Of a stretch of 64,000 nucleotides of DNA, positions 21,408 through 31,010 are shown one piece after another (within the stretch, counting starts at the first letter, position 1; each line of letters begins with the position of its first letter). The stretch is from contig CAXGSM010000003.1 of assembly GCA_964012435.1 (NCBI GenBank), forward strand, positions 12,703-76,702. Direction: 5' to 3'. Origin of the DNA: an uncultured bacterium. GTDB lineage: Bacteria > UBP7 > UBA6624. A program made the position numbers and the translations under genes. The notes under the pieces are model-generated. The model worked only from the letters and a program-made list of their open reading frames with translations. It was not told where the DNA came from and made no database searches.

Positions 21408-22411
21408 AAATTAAACTTGCAATTAATGGATTTGGAAGGATAGGGCGACTTGTTTTTAGGTCCGCATTCGGAAGGGAAGGTGTTGAAATAGTAGGAATCA
21501 ATGATTTAATGCCTGTTGAATCTTTAGCGCATTTACTAAAGTACGATTCAGTTTATGGTAAGTTGCCTTTTGAGGTGAGGGCAGAAGGTTCTAGTCTCCA
21601 TGTTGATGGTCAGGAGATTCCTATTTTCAATTCACGTAACCCTGAAGATTTGCCTTGGGGTAATATTGGAGTTGATTACGTTGTTGAGTCAACAGGTATA
21701 TTCAGAACAAAAGAACTTGCTTCATCTCATGTCAAAGCAGGAGCAAGAAGAGTGATTATTTCAGCTCCTGGAAAAGGTGATATAGATGGTACTTTTGTAA
21801 TGGGTGTAAACCATAAAGACTTTAATGCTTCAAAAGATGTAATTGTTAGTAATGCCTCCTGTACGACAAATTGTTTAGCACCCATTGCTAAAGTTTTGAA
21901 TGATAATTATGGTATTGAAGAAGGTTTAATGACGACCATTCATGCCTACACCGCTGGACAAAATCTTATTGATGGCCCAAATAAAGATTTACGAAGAGCT
22001 CGATCTGCTGCATTAAATACTGTTCCAACAAGCACTGGCGCAGCCAAAGCAATAGGTGTTGTTTTGCCGGAAATAAAAGGTAAATTAAATGGTATGGCTA
22101 TTAGGGTTCCTACACCAACGGTTTCACTTGTTGATTTAACCGTTAAAGTTGAGCATTCTGCTGATAGTGTTGAGTCTGTAAATGAAAAATTCAAACAAGC
22201 TAGCGAAAGTGAATTAAAGGGAATCCTTGGATATGAAGATATTCCACTAGTCTCAAAAGATTTTGAAGGAGATAAAAGGTCTTCGATACTTGATGCTGCT
22301 TCAACTTATGTTATGGGTTCTTTGATAAAGGTTCTTTCATGGTATGACAATGAGACTGGCTACGCGACAAGGGTTGTTGATTTGGCAGAGTATATGGCGG
22401 CAAATGAGTGA
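21404..22411 (+). CDS. gap: Glyceraldehyde-3-phosphate dehydrogenase (start taken at MKIKLAINGFGRIGR; ORF track lists 21389)
   Basis: INGFGRIGR NAD motif; ASCTTNCLAP catalytic Cys motif. Confidence 0.95.
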   Translation: MKIKLAINGFGRIGRLVFRSAFGREGVEIVGINDLMPVESLAHLLKYDSVYGKLPFEVRAEGSSLHVDGQEIPIFNSRNPEDLPWGNIGVDYVVESTGIFRTKELASSHVKAGARRVIISAPGKGDIDGTFVMGVNHKDFNASKDVIVSNASCTTNCLAPIAKVLNDNYGIEEGLMTTIHAYTAGQNLIDGPNKDLRRARSAALNTVPTSTGAAKAIGVVLPEIKGKLNGMAIRVPTPTVSLVDLTVKVEHSADSVESVNEKFKQASESELKGILGYEDIPLVSKDFEGDKRSSILDAASTYVMGSLIKVLSWYDNETGYATRVVDLAEYMAANE

Positions 22412-23565
22412 TTGATCAAAAATGGTATAAGCGTTTTAAAGCAAAAAATGTACTTTTAAGACTTGATTTAAATGTTCCTATATCTGATTCTCAAATTCTT
22501 GATGATTCAAGAGTTCTAAGCTCAATTGAAACCGTTAAAAGACTTTATGAAGCTGGCGCAAAAGTTATTGTTGTTAGTCATTTGGGCAAACCAGATGGTA
22601 AAAATAATCCAGAGTTAAGCCTTAAGCCTGTTGTAGAAAGTTTTTCTCAAAATTCTAATCTTCCTTGTTTTTTACACCTTGGAAATATTGATAGAAAGTC
22701 AATAAAAAAACAATTGAAACATTCAGTTGTTTTTTTAGAGAATGTCAGATTTGAACCGGGAGAAAAAAATTGTGAAGAAGGTTTCGTTAAAAAACTTGCA
22801 GGCATTGCAGATTTTTTTATCAATGATGCTTTCTCAGTTTCACATAGATCACATGCATCGGTTTCTGGTGTTGCACAGCATTTACCCTCTTTTGCAGGGC
22901 CATCAATATTGCACGAGACACAAAACCTTAATACGTTAATTGAAAATCCTAAAAAGCCTTTTTGGGTTGTTATGGGTGGTGCAAAATTAAAAACAAAGAT
23001 GCCATTGATAGACTCTTTAAAAGACAAAGTCCAAGGTTTTTTATTGGGTGGAGGAATTGCTAATACCTTCTATAAGGCATTAGGTCATGAAATAGGTTCC
23101 AGTCTTCATGATCCTGACAACCTGAATTGGGCAAGGAGTTTTTTTGAATGGTGTCAACTTGAAGGTTCTCCAAAATTAATCTTGCCACAAAAAGTTATTG
23201 TTAAAAATAAAAATAGTTTCAAGGAAAAGGATTTTACAGAAGTGCTTCCTGAAGATAATATCTTGGATGCAAGTCCGTCTTCAATATCGGATTCATTCAA
23301 GGATTTAGATTCTGTAAAGACATTTTTTTGGAATGGAGCTTTTGGAGCATTTGAAATGAAAGGCGCAAGTCAAGGTACTGAATCTTTAGCTGTGATATTA
23401 GGAAACCATTCAGCTAAGGTTTATATAGGTGGAGGTGAAACTTTGGCATCTGTTAAGATGGCAAAAATGGAAGGAAGTTTTTATTTTGAATCTTTAGCTG
23501 GAGGAGCAACTTTGTATTATCTTTCAGGTAAAAAATTACCTGGTTTGGAGGTTTTAAATTTATGA
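22408..23565 (+). CDS. pgk: Phosphoglycerate kinase
   Basis: LLRLDLNVP and VVSHLGKP motifs; operon between gap and tpiA. Confidence 0.92.
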   Translation: MIDQKWYKRFKAKNVLLRLDLNVPISDSQILDDSRVLSSIETVKRLYEAGAKVIVVSHLGKPDGKNNPELSLKPVVESFSQNSNLPCFLHLGNIDRKSIKKQLKHSVVFLENVRFEPGEKNCEEGFVKKLAGIADFFINDAFSVSHRSHASVSGVAQHLPSFAGPSILHETQNLNTLIENPKKPFWVVMGGAKLKTKMPLIDSLKDKVQGFLLGGGIANTFYKALGHEIGSSLHDPDNLNWARSFFEWCQLEGSPKLILPQKVIVKNKNSFKEKDFTEVLPEDNILDASPSSISDSFKDLDSVKTFFWNGAFGAFEMKGASQGTESLAVILGNHSAKVYIGGGETLASVKMAKMEGSFYFESLAGGATLYYLSGKKLPGLEVLNL

Positions 23566-24272
23566 CGATAATTGCAGGAAACTGGAAAATGAACCATGAT
23601 TCTGATTCATCTTTGGCTTTTTTTGAAAAGCTTCAATCTTATGGTCCAATACCTAACAATGTAAAAACTATTATTTTTCCAACCTTTCTTTGTTTCGGTT
23701 CAGCACAAACTAATTCATTAGGGGTTGAAATTGGCGCGCAAAATGGCAATCCTGAAAAATCAGGTGCTTTAACTGGTGAGGTTTCTATTTTTGATTTTCC
23801 AAAAATAGACATTAATTGGCTTTTAGTTGGGCATAGCGAAAGAAGACATATCTTTAAAGAAGACTCAAAACTTTTGAAAAGAAAAGTTGAAACCGCATTG
23901 AGCCTTGGGCTTAAAACTATTTATTGTGTTGGAGAAACAATTGAAGAAAAAGAAAAAGGCTTAACAGGAGAGGTTTTAAAGAAGCAAATTTCTTATCTTG
24001 AAAATTTTCTTTCTGATAAAAATTTAATAATAGCATATGAGCCAGTGTGGGCAATTGGAAGTGGTATGCCTGCAGGTTCTAAAGATGCCGATGAGGCATC
24101 ATTATTATGTAAGGATTTCTGCAAAAGAGATATTGATGTTCTTTATGGCGGTTCTGTTAATAGTCAAAATGTATCTAATTATTTAAGTTCAGGTTTGATC
24201 AGTGGTTTTTTGATTGGTGGGGCAAGTTTGAATGCTGATAGTTACAGAGATTTAATTGATGCTGTTGCCTAA
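23562..24272 (+). CDS. tpiA: Triosephosphate isomerase
   Basis: IAGNWKMN, GHSERR, AYEPVWAIGSG motifs. Confidence 0.93.
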   Translation: MTIIAGNWKMNHDSDSSLAFFEKLQSYGPIPNNVKTIIFPTFLCFGSAQTNSLGVEIGAQNGNPEKSGALTGEVSIFDFPKIDINWLLVGHSERRHIFKEDSKLLKRKVETALSLGLKTIYCVGETIEEKEKGLTGEVLKKQISYLENFLSDKNLIIAYEPVWAIGSGMPAGSKDADEASLLCKDFCKRDIDVLYGGSVNSQNVSNYLSSGLISGFLIGGASLNADSYRDLIDAVA

Positions 24273-25384
24273 TGTTGAGAGTTCCAAATTTTATTTATCC
24301 AGTTTTTATTCTTTCTTTTTTAGGTGTCTGTATACAACTATATTTAAGTAATTCTGGTAGTGACTCTATAAAAACAGTTTCTCTTATGATTGTCGCGTAT
24401 CTTGCAGGTTATTTTTTTTCTAGACAAAAGGTTAATAATGCTTGGAACATATCAATAATAAGTACAGTTATCTGTTTTCTTCTTTTGATTTTGGTTTTGT
24501 TTTTACCAGAGATAAGAGGTATTAATTCATGGATCAGAATAGGACCTTTTACACTTCAGCCTTCTGAATTGGCTAAAGTCGGATTGATTGTAGTAAATTC
24601 AGTTATTCTAGGCGGAAGAAAAGGTGTTGGCTTGGGGCCAATGAATGGATTTGTTTTTTGTCTCTTGGTGAATGCGTTGGTTTTTATTTTGATTGCATTA
24701 CAGCCAGAAATGGGAACATTGATAGTTATGGCTGGGATAACATGGATTCAAGTTTTTTGCTCAAAAGTGAACAAGTTTTTAAGTACAGGCTTGCCGATTA
24801 TTGCAATCTTGATTTTTTTTATAGGTGGGAAAAGTTTGATTCCTTTTTACGAAAGTGTTCCTTTTGTAAAACCTCACCAGGTCAAAAGGATTGAGACATT
24901 TTTTGCTGGTTCTGAAGCTCCATTAGATGATCGTCGTCAACTTAAGTATACGCATATCCAGATGGCTGAAGGTGGATTGTGGGGTTCTGGTTTTTCAGAA
25001 TCTGTTAAGCAGGAGTTAGCTTGGATTCCAGAACGTCAAAATGATTTTGTTATCGGTGTTTTTTTTAGAACCGGAGGCCTTTTTCTAGTTTCCTTGATTA
25101 TTGGCTTGTATTCTTGGGCCTCATTTGGGGCTTTGAATTTTTCGGAAAGAATTCCTCCTGGAGCAGCCAAACAGTTGCTTGTAGGTTTTGCGGGTTACGT
25201 GATTTTCCATTGCTGTTTTAACGTAGGGGTTGCTTTAGGCTTGATTCCAACAACTGGTTTCCCGTTAATACCCTTGTCTCAAGGTGGCTCAGGGTGGATA
25301 TCGCTCGGATGTTTAGTAGGATTGGTGTTAAGTGTTTTATCTAGTCATCTAAACCTTTATAATTCTAGGGTTGTTGGAGGGTAA
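24272..25384 (+). CDS. SEDS-family peptidoglycan glycosyltransferase (RodA/FtsW-like)
   Basis: 370 aa polytopic; NDFVIGVF and PLIPLSQGGSGWIS align with RodA HTDFIFAV and LPLVSYGGSA motifs. Confidence 0.7.
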   Translation: MLRVPNFIYPVFILSFLGVCIQLYLSNSGSDSIKTVSLMIVAYLAGYFFSRQKVNNAWNISIISTVICFLLLILVLFLPEIRGINSWIRIGPFTLQPSELAKVGLIVVNSVILGGRKGVGLGPMNGFVFCLLVNALVFILIALQPEMGTLIVMAGITWIQVFCSKVNKFLSTGLPIIAILIFFIGGKSLIPFYESVPFVKPHQVKRIETFFAGSEAPLDDRRQLKYTHIQMAEGGLWGSGFSESVKQELAWIPERQNDFVIGVFFRTGGLFLVSLIIGLYSWASFGALNFSERIPPGAAKQLLVGFAGYVIFHCCFNVGVALGLIPTTGFPLIPLSQGGSGWISLGCLVGLVLSVLSSHLNLYNSRVVGG

Positions 25385-25389
25385 CAATT

Positions 25390-26247
25390 ATGAAAAAAAT
25401 ATTATTTATACTTTGTGGTTTGATTTTTAGCAGCAATTTATTTGCTTTGCCTAGTCATTATGCTGGGAACAACGGTTCTTCAGGTTATTTTTTAACGCCT
25501 ACAGCAGAAATGCCTAATAAAAATGAAATCAGAATTGGTTTTTCTCAGGTTTCTGAACCAGAGGCAGACTTCTTTTATCTTTCTAGATGGGGTACCCAAA
25601 ATATGTCTGATGCTAATTCAGATGTTTTGCATTTAGGTGGTATCTCTTGGTGGATGGGCGAAGGCCTTGAAGGTGGTTGGAGCACTTCAAATGTTCATGG
25701 GTATGACTGGCATCAATTTACGATTAAAAAGTCATTGCGCAATAATCCAGATTCATTTTTTGGAAGAATCTCAATGGGTGGAACTATGGGTTGGACTGCA
25801 TCTCATGGTAATTTTGAAGAATGGGGTGGCTTTATTGTTGCTCAATCCCCTTACTCTAGAGGTGATTTTAATTTAGGCATCAATATTGGTGCTGATGAAT
25901 TAGATGCTACAGAAGCTTCATTTTTTGGAAATTTCAGTCTTTGGTTTTCACCTAGATTGAAAATGCATTATGAATTTGCATCTTCGGCATTTGTCACTAA
26001 GGAACCTGGACAAAGTGTTGCGTTATGGTGGCAAACAAGCCCCGATAACCCTTTATGGATTAGCCTTGGTGCAACAACTTTAGAAAGTTATGGTTGTACT
26101 GTTAATTTGACAGGTTGTGACAATGACGCTTTCAGAACAGATGAAACAATGTTTACTTTTGGATTTGCACTTGGTGTAAATAGTTATTTTGACTACGAAG
26201 AAGAAGATGAACTTGTTGAATTATTTGAAACGTTTGGGAAGCCTTAA
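25390..26247 (+). CDS. Hypothetical secreted Trp/Gly-rich protein
   Basis: Signal peptide; no motif recognised. Confidence 0.45.
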   Translation: MKKILFILCGLIFSSNLFALPSHYAGNNGSSGYFLTPTAEMPNKNEIRIGFSQVSEPEADFFYLSRWGTQNMSDANSDVLHLGGISWWMGEGLEGGWSTSNVHGYDWHQFTIKKSLRNNPDSFFGRISMGGTMGWTASHGNFEEWGGFIVAQSPYSRGDFNLGINIGADELDATEASFFGNFSLWFSPRLKMHYEFASSAFVTKEPGQSVALWWQTSPDNPLWISLGATTLESYGCTVNLTGCDNDAFRTDETMFTFGFALGVNSYFDYEEEDELVELFETFGKP

Positions 26248-26274
26248 AAATATAGTCTTTTTTCGAAACCTGCT

Positions 26275-27333
26275 ATGAAAGGGTTGATTCTATCTGGAGG
26301 TAGTGGAACCAGGCTAAGGCCTTTAACTCACACCAGAGCCAAACAATTGCTTCCTATTGTGGGAGCCCCTATACTTCATCACATATTGGATTCTTTAGAG
26401 GATGCAGGCATAAAGGAAACTGTTATTCTTATTTCTCCAGAAACAGGTGATTTAGTGAGAGAATCTTGCGGACCATCTTGGCGTTCTATGAATTTGGAAT
26501 ATGTTGTTCAAGATAAACCCTTAGGTCTTGCACACGCTGTTGCAACAGCAAGGCCACTTCTTGGAGACGATCCTTTCCTTTTGTTTTTAGGAGACAATGT
26601 TTTAAAAGGCGGTATTAAGAAATACGCAGATGAATTTCAGTCTAAAAACATGGATTCAATGGTTCTTCTTTCAAAAGTTGATAGACCACAGCAATTTGGT
26701 GTTGCTATTTTTGAGGGTGAAGAACTTGTTGGAATGATTGAAAAGCCAAAAAATCCACCTTCTGATCTTGCGCTTGTCGGCATCTATTTTTTTAACAATA
26801 AAATTCATAAAATAATTGAAGATCTAAAACCTTCCGACAGGGGTGAGTATGAGATAACTGATGCTATCCAAGGTCTTATTGACGATTCTGTAAAAGTTCA
26901 TCATATGAGAGTTGATGGTTGGTGGAAAGATACCGGCTTGCCTGAGGATTTGATAGAGGCAAATAAGTTGCTGCTGGAAGATGTGGAAACAAGATTTGAT
27001 GGTGTTGTTTCAGGTGGTCGAATTGATGGAAAGGTTGTCATTGAGAAAGGAGCTAAAGTTGAAAATTCATATATTGAAGGTCCTGTTTATATAGGTAAAA
27101 ATTCAGTAGTTAAAAATTCCAATATCAGTGCCGGAACAAGCATTGGAGAAAATTGTCGTATAAATACAGTTGATATCGGTAACTCCATAATTATGGATAA
27201 TTGTGTTCTTTCTGCAGTTTCATATCCCATGTCAAGTTGCTTGATTGGAGAGGGGTGTACAGTGAAAGGAAATACCGACACAAGATTAAATGTAGTTCTT
27301 GGGGATAGGTCTGTTCTTGAGGTTCCCGATTAA
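26275..27333 (+). CDS. Sugar-phosphate nucleotidyltransferase (glucose-1-phosphate thymidylyltransferase-like, long form with C-terminal left-handed beta-helix)
   Basis: LILSGGSGTRLRPLT N-terminal motif; C-terminal hexapeptide-repeat region. Confidence 0.8.
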   Translation: MKGLILSGGSGTRLRPLTHTRAKQLLPIVGAPILHHILDSLEDAGIKETVILISPETGDLVRESCGPSWRSMNLEYVVQDKPLGLAHAVATARPLLGDDPFLLFLGDNVLKGGIKKYADEFQSKNMDSMVLLSKVDRPQQFGVAIFEGEELVGMIEKPKNPPSDLALVGIYFFNNKIHKIIEDLKPSDRGEYEITDAIQGLIDDSVKVHHMRVDGWWKDTGLPEDLIEANKLLLEDVETRFDGVVSGGRIDGKVVIEKGAKVENSYIEGPVYIGKNSVVKNSNISAGTSIGENCRINTVDIGNSIIMDNCVLSAVSYPMSSCLIGEGCTVKGNTDTRLNVVLGDRSVLEVPD

Positions 27334-28305
27334 ATGTCGAGAAAAGTTCTTGTTACTGGTGGGGCTGGATTCGTAGGTAGCAATCTTGCTTTAGACCTGG
27401 AATCAAAAGGTTTTAGTGTAAGTGTTATTGACGGCTTGATAGAGGGTTCAGGAGCAAACCTTTTTAATTTAGAGGGATTTACAGGTGAATTTTTGGAGGC
27501 TGATATTCGCAAACCTGAAAAATACCAATCTTTACTAAGGGATCAGGATGTAGTTATACATTTAGCTGGTCATGTAAGCCATGTTGATTCAATGATTGAT
27601 CCTGAAAATGATTTGAACCATAACACCTTAGGGACTTTAAGACTTCTTTACTCATTTAAGGATAATTGTCCTGAAGCATTATTTGTTTATGGTGGCACAA
27701 GGGGACAGTATGGCAAGGTTCTTAATCCTCCAGCAACAAAAGATACAGCTTTGCATCCAACGGATATATATGGGGTAAACAAGACAGCTGGTGAACAGTA
27801 TGCACTAGTTCTTTCCAGAACAAGCAACATAAAAGCTTGTTCTGTGAGGTTTACTAATGCTTATGGTCCAAGACATCAAATGAAACATTCAAAATGGGGT
27901 ATATTGAATTGGTTTTTAAGGCTTGCCATGGATGGTCAGGATTTGACTGTCTATGGTGAAGGGGAGCAGCTTCGTGAGTATGCATGGATTGGTGATATAA
28001 CCAATGCTTTTGCTAAATTATGTAATATTGATCCCTTGAAAGCTAATGGTGAGATATTGAATTTAGGAGCAGCAGAAAGAGTATCTTTTGCTCAAATGTC
28101 TGAAAAGATTGTAAATATAGTTGGTTTAAGTAAAGTTGTGAGTGTAGAGTGGCCTGAAGACAGAAAATCAATAGAGGTAGGCGACTTTATATCCGATGAT
28201 TCACATTCTAGAGAATTGCTTAGCTGGAAGCCATCTTTGGCTATTGATGAAGGGCTGAGGCGAACATTTGACTTTTACAACAAGCATAAAAGTAGGTATT
28301 GGTGA
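27334..28305 (+). CDS. NAD-dependent epimerase/dehydratase family protein
   Basis: VTGGAGFVGSNL Rossmann motif; YGVNK YxxxK motif. Confidence 0.8.
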   Translation: MSRKVLVTGGAGFVGSNLALDLESKGFSVSVIDGLIEGSGANLFNLEGFTGEFLEADIRKPEKYQSLLRDQDVVIHLAGHVSHVDSMIDPENDLNHNTLGTLRLLYSFKDNCPEALFVYGGTRGQYGKVLNPPATKDTALHPTDIYGVNKTAGEQYALVLSRTSNIKACSVRFTNAYGPRHQMKHSKWGILNWFLRLAMDGQDLTVYGEGEQLREYAWIGDITNAFAKLCNIDPLKANGEILNLGAAERVSFAQMSEKIVNIVGLSKVVSVEWPEDRKSIEVGDFISDDSHSRELLSWKPSLAIDEGLRRTFDFYNKHKSRYW

Positions 28306-28826
28306 TAGATGAAAACAAGTTCGAATCTGTTGTTTTTGGTGCAGGTTGTTTTTGGTGTGTAGAGGCTATTTTCCTAAGGGTTGAAGGCGTTGAAAGTGTT
28401 GTTTCAGGTTATTCAGGCGGCTCCTTGGAGGATGCTAACTACAAAGCTGTTTGTTCGGGTTCAACTGGTCATGCTGAAGTTTGTAAGATATCCTTTGATC
28501 CAAATATAGTTGCACTAAAAGATTTGTTGAAAGTTTTTTTTGAGACACATGATCCAACAACATTGAATCGTCAAGGTTCAGACACAGGAACCCAATACAG
28601 GTCTGCAATATTTTATTCAGATGAAGATCAAAAAAAGATTTCTAAAGAATTTATTGACGCCCTTGACGCAAATGAGGTTTTCAAAAAACCGATTGTCACA
28701 AGTTTAGAACCTTTGAATGATTTTTATAAAGCTGAGCAGTATCATCAGAATTATTATGAATTGAATAAGACTCAACCTTATTGCCAAATTGTTGTTAAGA
28801 AAAAAATTGATGATTTTTTAAGCTAA
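28299..28826 (+). CDS. msrA: Peptide methionine sulfoxide reductase MsrA
   Basis: FGAGCFWCVEA active-site motif; YHQNYY. Confidence 0.92.
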   Translation: MVIDENKFESVVFGAGCFWCVEAIFLRVEGVESVVSGYSGGSLEDANYKAVCSGSTGHAEVCKISFDPNIVALKDLLKVFFETHDPTTLNRQGSDTGTQYRSAIFYSDEDQKKISKEFIDALDANEVFKKPIVTSLEPLNDFYKAEQYHQNYYELNKTQPYCQIVVKKKIDDFLS

Positions 28827-28841
28827 AAATTAAAGAAAGGG

Positions 28842-29663
28842 TTATTTTTTACCCATTGAGCTGAAGTATTTTTTTCTTAACGAATTACTAATTGAATCAA
28901 TAAGCATAACACTTACAAACATAATCATTAGTATCGACATGACTCTGTCATAAATACCCAGTTTTAAATATAGGTTAAGGTAATATCCAATTCCTCCAGC
29001 TCCGACAAGGCCAATGATTGCACCATGCCTCATGTTGTATTCAAGCATAAAGAGAAGTTGAGACATGAGGCTGTTTGCTGATTCTGGAAGGACAACATGG
29101 TGAACTATTTGCCATTTTTTCATCCCGATTGCTCTTGCGCTTTCAATAGGATGATTGCTTACACCCTCAAATGCTTCGTATTGTAGTTTTCCAAGAAATC
29201 CAACAGTGTAAATCGTCATTGCAAGAACTCCTGCCAGTGGCCCTAAACCAACAGCAACAACAAAGAAAATTGCCCATACTAAGCTTGGTAAAACACGTAT
29301 GAATGAGAGTATTGATCTTGATATAAATTTAAATTTTCCAAAATTTAGATTAGAAGATGCAATAACTGAAAGAGGGATTGCAAGAAGGAATCCTAATATT
29401 GTTGCAATGTATGCCATTTGAAATGTTTCTGAAAGGCCTAACCATGCAACACTACAAAAGAATGGAATTTTTTTTTCACATATAGGGTAAGGCTGAGCAT
29501 CAAATATGCTCATGTCCAATGGCAATGCTTCCTGAATGAAGTCTTTTGAATTCCTGCCTCCTTCAATAATCGATCCAGTATCAAGGTTTAGATTATTTGA
29601 GAATGCAAATAAAATAAAAATGATTATCAGTAAGCTGAGTTGAGTTTTATTTTTTTCTGTCAT
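28842..29663 (-). CDS. ABC transporter permease, PhnE-like
   Basis: EAA-loop-like ESARAIGMKKWQIVHHVVLPES; six TM segments. Confidence 0.75.
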   Translation of the reverse strand: MTEKNKTQLSLLIIIFILFAFSNNLNLDTGSIIEGGRNSKDFIQEALPLDMSIFDAQPYPICEKKIPFFCSVAWLGLSETFQMAYIATILGFLLAIPLSVIASSNLNFGKFKFISRSILSFIRVLPSLVWAIFFVVAVGLGPLAGVLAMTIYTVGFLGKLQYEAFEGVSNHPIESARAIGMKKWQIVHHVVLPESANSLMSQLLFMLEYNMRHGAIIGLVGAGGIGYYLNLYLKLGIYDRVMSILMIMFVSVMLIDSISNSLRKKYFSSMGKK

Positions 29664-30385
29664 ATTGCAACTTCAACATTTTTTTCTTGTTTGTCAAGCT
29701 TGACTACCTTGCTTTCGCAAACTTTAAAAATCTTGTCAGACACACCCATAGCCCTTGCTGGATTATGGTCTACAAAAATTATGCTTGACTTATTTTTTTT
29801 CACATAATTAAACATCTTGAAACCAACGCTTATTGATGTTTCATCATCAAGCTCGCCTAAAAATTCATCAGCAAGAATTATTTTTGGCTTTTGTAGAAGG
29901 GTCCTTGCAACTGCAACTCTTTTTCTTTCACCACCAGATAGGAATTTGACCTGTTCATTTGCTTTTTCTTTTATTTCAAGCGATTCCAATATCTCCATTG
30001 CCTCTTTGGTTATTTCTTTATTTGGATCTGAAAGAAAAACATCTAAGAAATTCATTTCATGGAATTTTCCAAAGATGACATTTTCAATAACGGTTTTGTT
30101 GTTTACAAGCCCAAGCCTTTGTGGAATGTATCCAATATTGCCGGACGGAAGACAGTCGGCACAACATTCTCCAAGTATGCAGATTTCACCAGATATTTGA
30201 GGAATTATTGATGCAATTGTTTTTATGAGTGTTGTTTTTCCTGCACCTGAAGGTCCAACAAGTGCTATTATTTCACCTTTTTCAATTTCTAAATTGATGT
30301 CTTTTAATATTGGCTCTTTTGAACCATAACCAACATTAAGGTTTTTCAGTTCAAGAACTGTTTCTTTAAACACTGTTTCACTCAT
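29660..30385 (-). CDS. ABC transporter ATP-binding protein, PhnC-like
   Basis: GPSGAGKTT Walker A; LSGGERKRVAVAR signature; ILADE Walker B. Confidence 0.85.
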   Translation of the reverse strand: MSETVFKETVLELKNLNVGYGSKEPILKDINLEIEKGEIIALVGPSGAGKTTLIKTIASIIPQISGEICILGECCADCLPSGNIGYIPQRLGLVNNKTVIENVIFGKFHEMNFLDVFLSDPNKEITKEAMEILESLEIKEKANEQVKFLSGGERKRVAVARTLLQKPKIILADEFLGELDDETSISVGFKMFNYVKKNKSSIIFVDHNPARAMGVSDKIFKVCESKVVKLDKQEKNVEVAI

Positions 30386-30407
30386 TTTTTTTATAACCGG
30401 GAAAGAA

Positions 30408-31010
30408 TTATATAAAGTAGAACATAATAGTGAATGTAAGCCATGTCATAAACACAATGCCAATATTATCCGAAATCCATCTCCACCATAGTTCAGTTGT
30501 TGCACCGATAATGAATGGAAGAGATGATGCAACAGGGTTATCTTGGAAGTTAACCCAGTACCAATTTGTTGATGTGTTGTTTATCCAAAAATTTACAATA
30601 AATATCAAAATCGGAATTGAGAAAAAAATTCCTTGGTAATTTTTTTTATTTTTATTGTTTATTCGTCTTCCAATGAATCCATGTAGTGGATCTGATATAG
30701 CCATACATAAGCATGTGATTCTTGCAAAATCCAAAATGGAATCTTCTTCCATTCCGTGCAGATCTGCTGTTAGCATGAATAAAAAAATGGATAATCCAAC
30801 AGATATTGGATATGAGATTATTCCCCAGTCTGGCCATTTTTTATACAGCGTATTTAAGAAAGGTATTTGTGGCCAGAGTATTGCTAAAATTAAACCAAAT
30901 AATGATAAAAAGAATGCATCAATAGTTGTTTTTATTATTGGTAAAAAAAGAAGAGATATAGCTAACATGTGGCCAACACCCCTTATGTCTCTTATTTTTG
31001 TATTGGTCAA
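30408..31010 (-). CDS. Hypothetical polytopic membrane protein
   Basis: 200 aa, five to six hydrophobic helices; no motif recognised. Confidence 0.4.
   Translation of the reverse strand: MTNTKIRDIRGVGHMLAISLLFLPIIKTTIDAFFLSLFGLILAILWPQIPFLNTLYKKWPDWGIISYPISVGLSIFLFMLTADLHGMEEDSILDFARITCLCMAISDPLHGFIGRRINNKNKKNYQGIFFSIPILIFIVNFWINNTSTNWYWVNFQDNPVASSLPFIIGATTELWWRWISDNIGIVFMTWLTFTIMFYFI

Noticed and set aside
24658-25876. Internal plus-strand ORFs 24658-24894 and 25637-25876 in alternative frames
   Set aside because: Lie within the SEDS gene and the secreted-protein gene in another frame; no independent signals.
28827-28841. Possible terminator after msrA (gggttattttttaccc)
   Set aside because: Only a 4-bp stem with the T-run inside the loop; too weak to call.
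29817-30200. Plus-strand ORF (127 aa) inside the ABC ATPase gene
   Set aside because: Antisense to Walker A/signature motifs of a conserved gene; no support.
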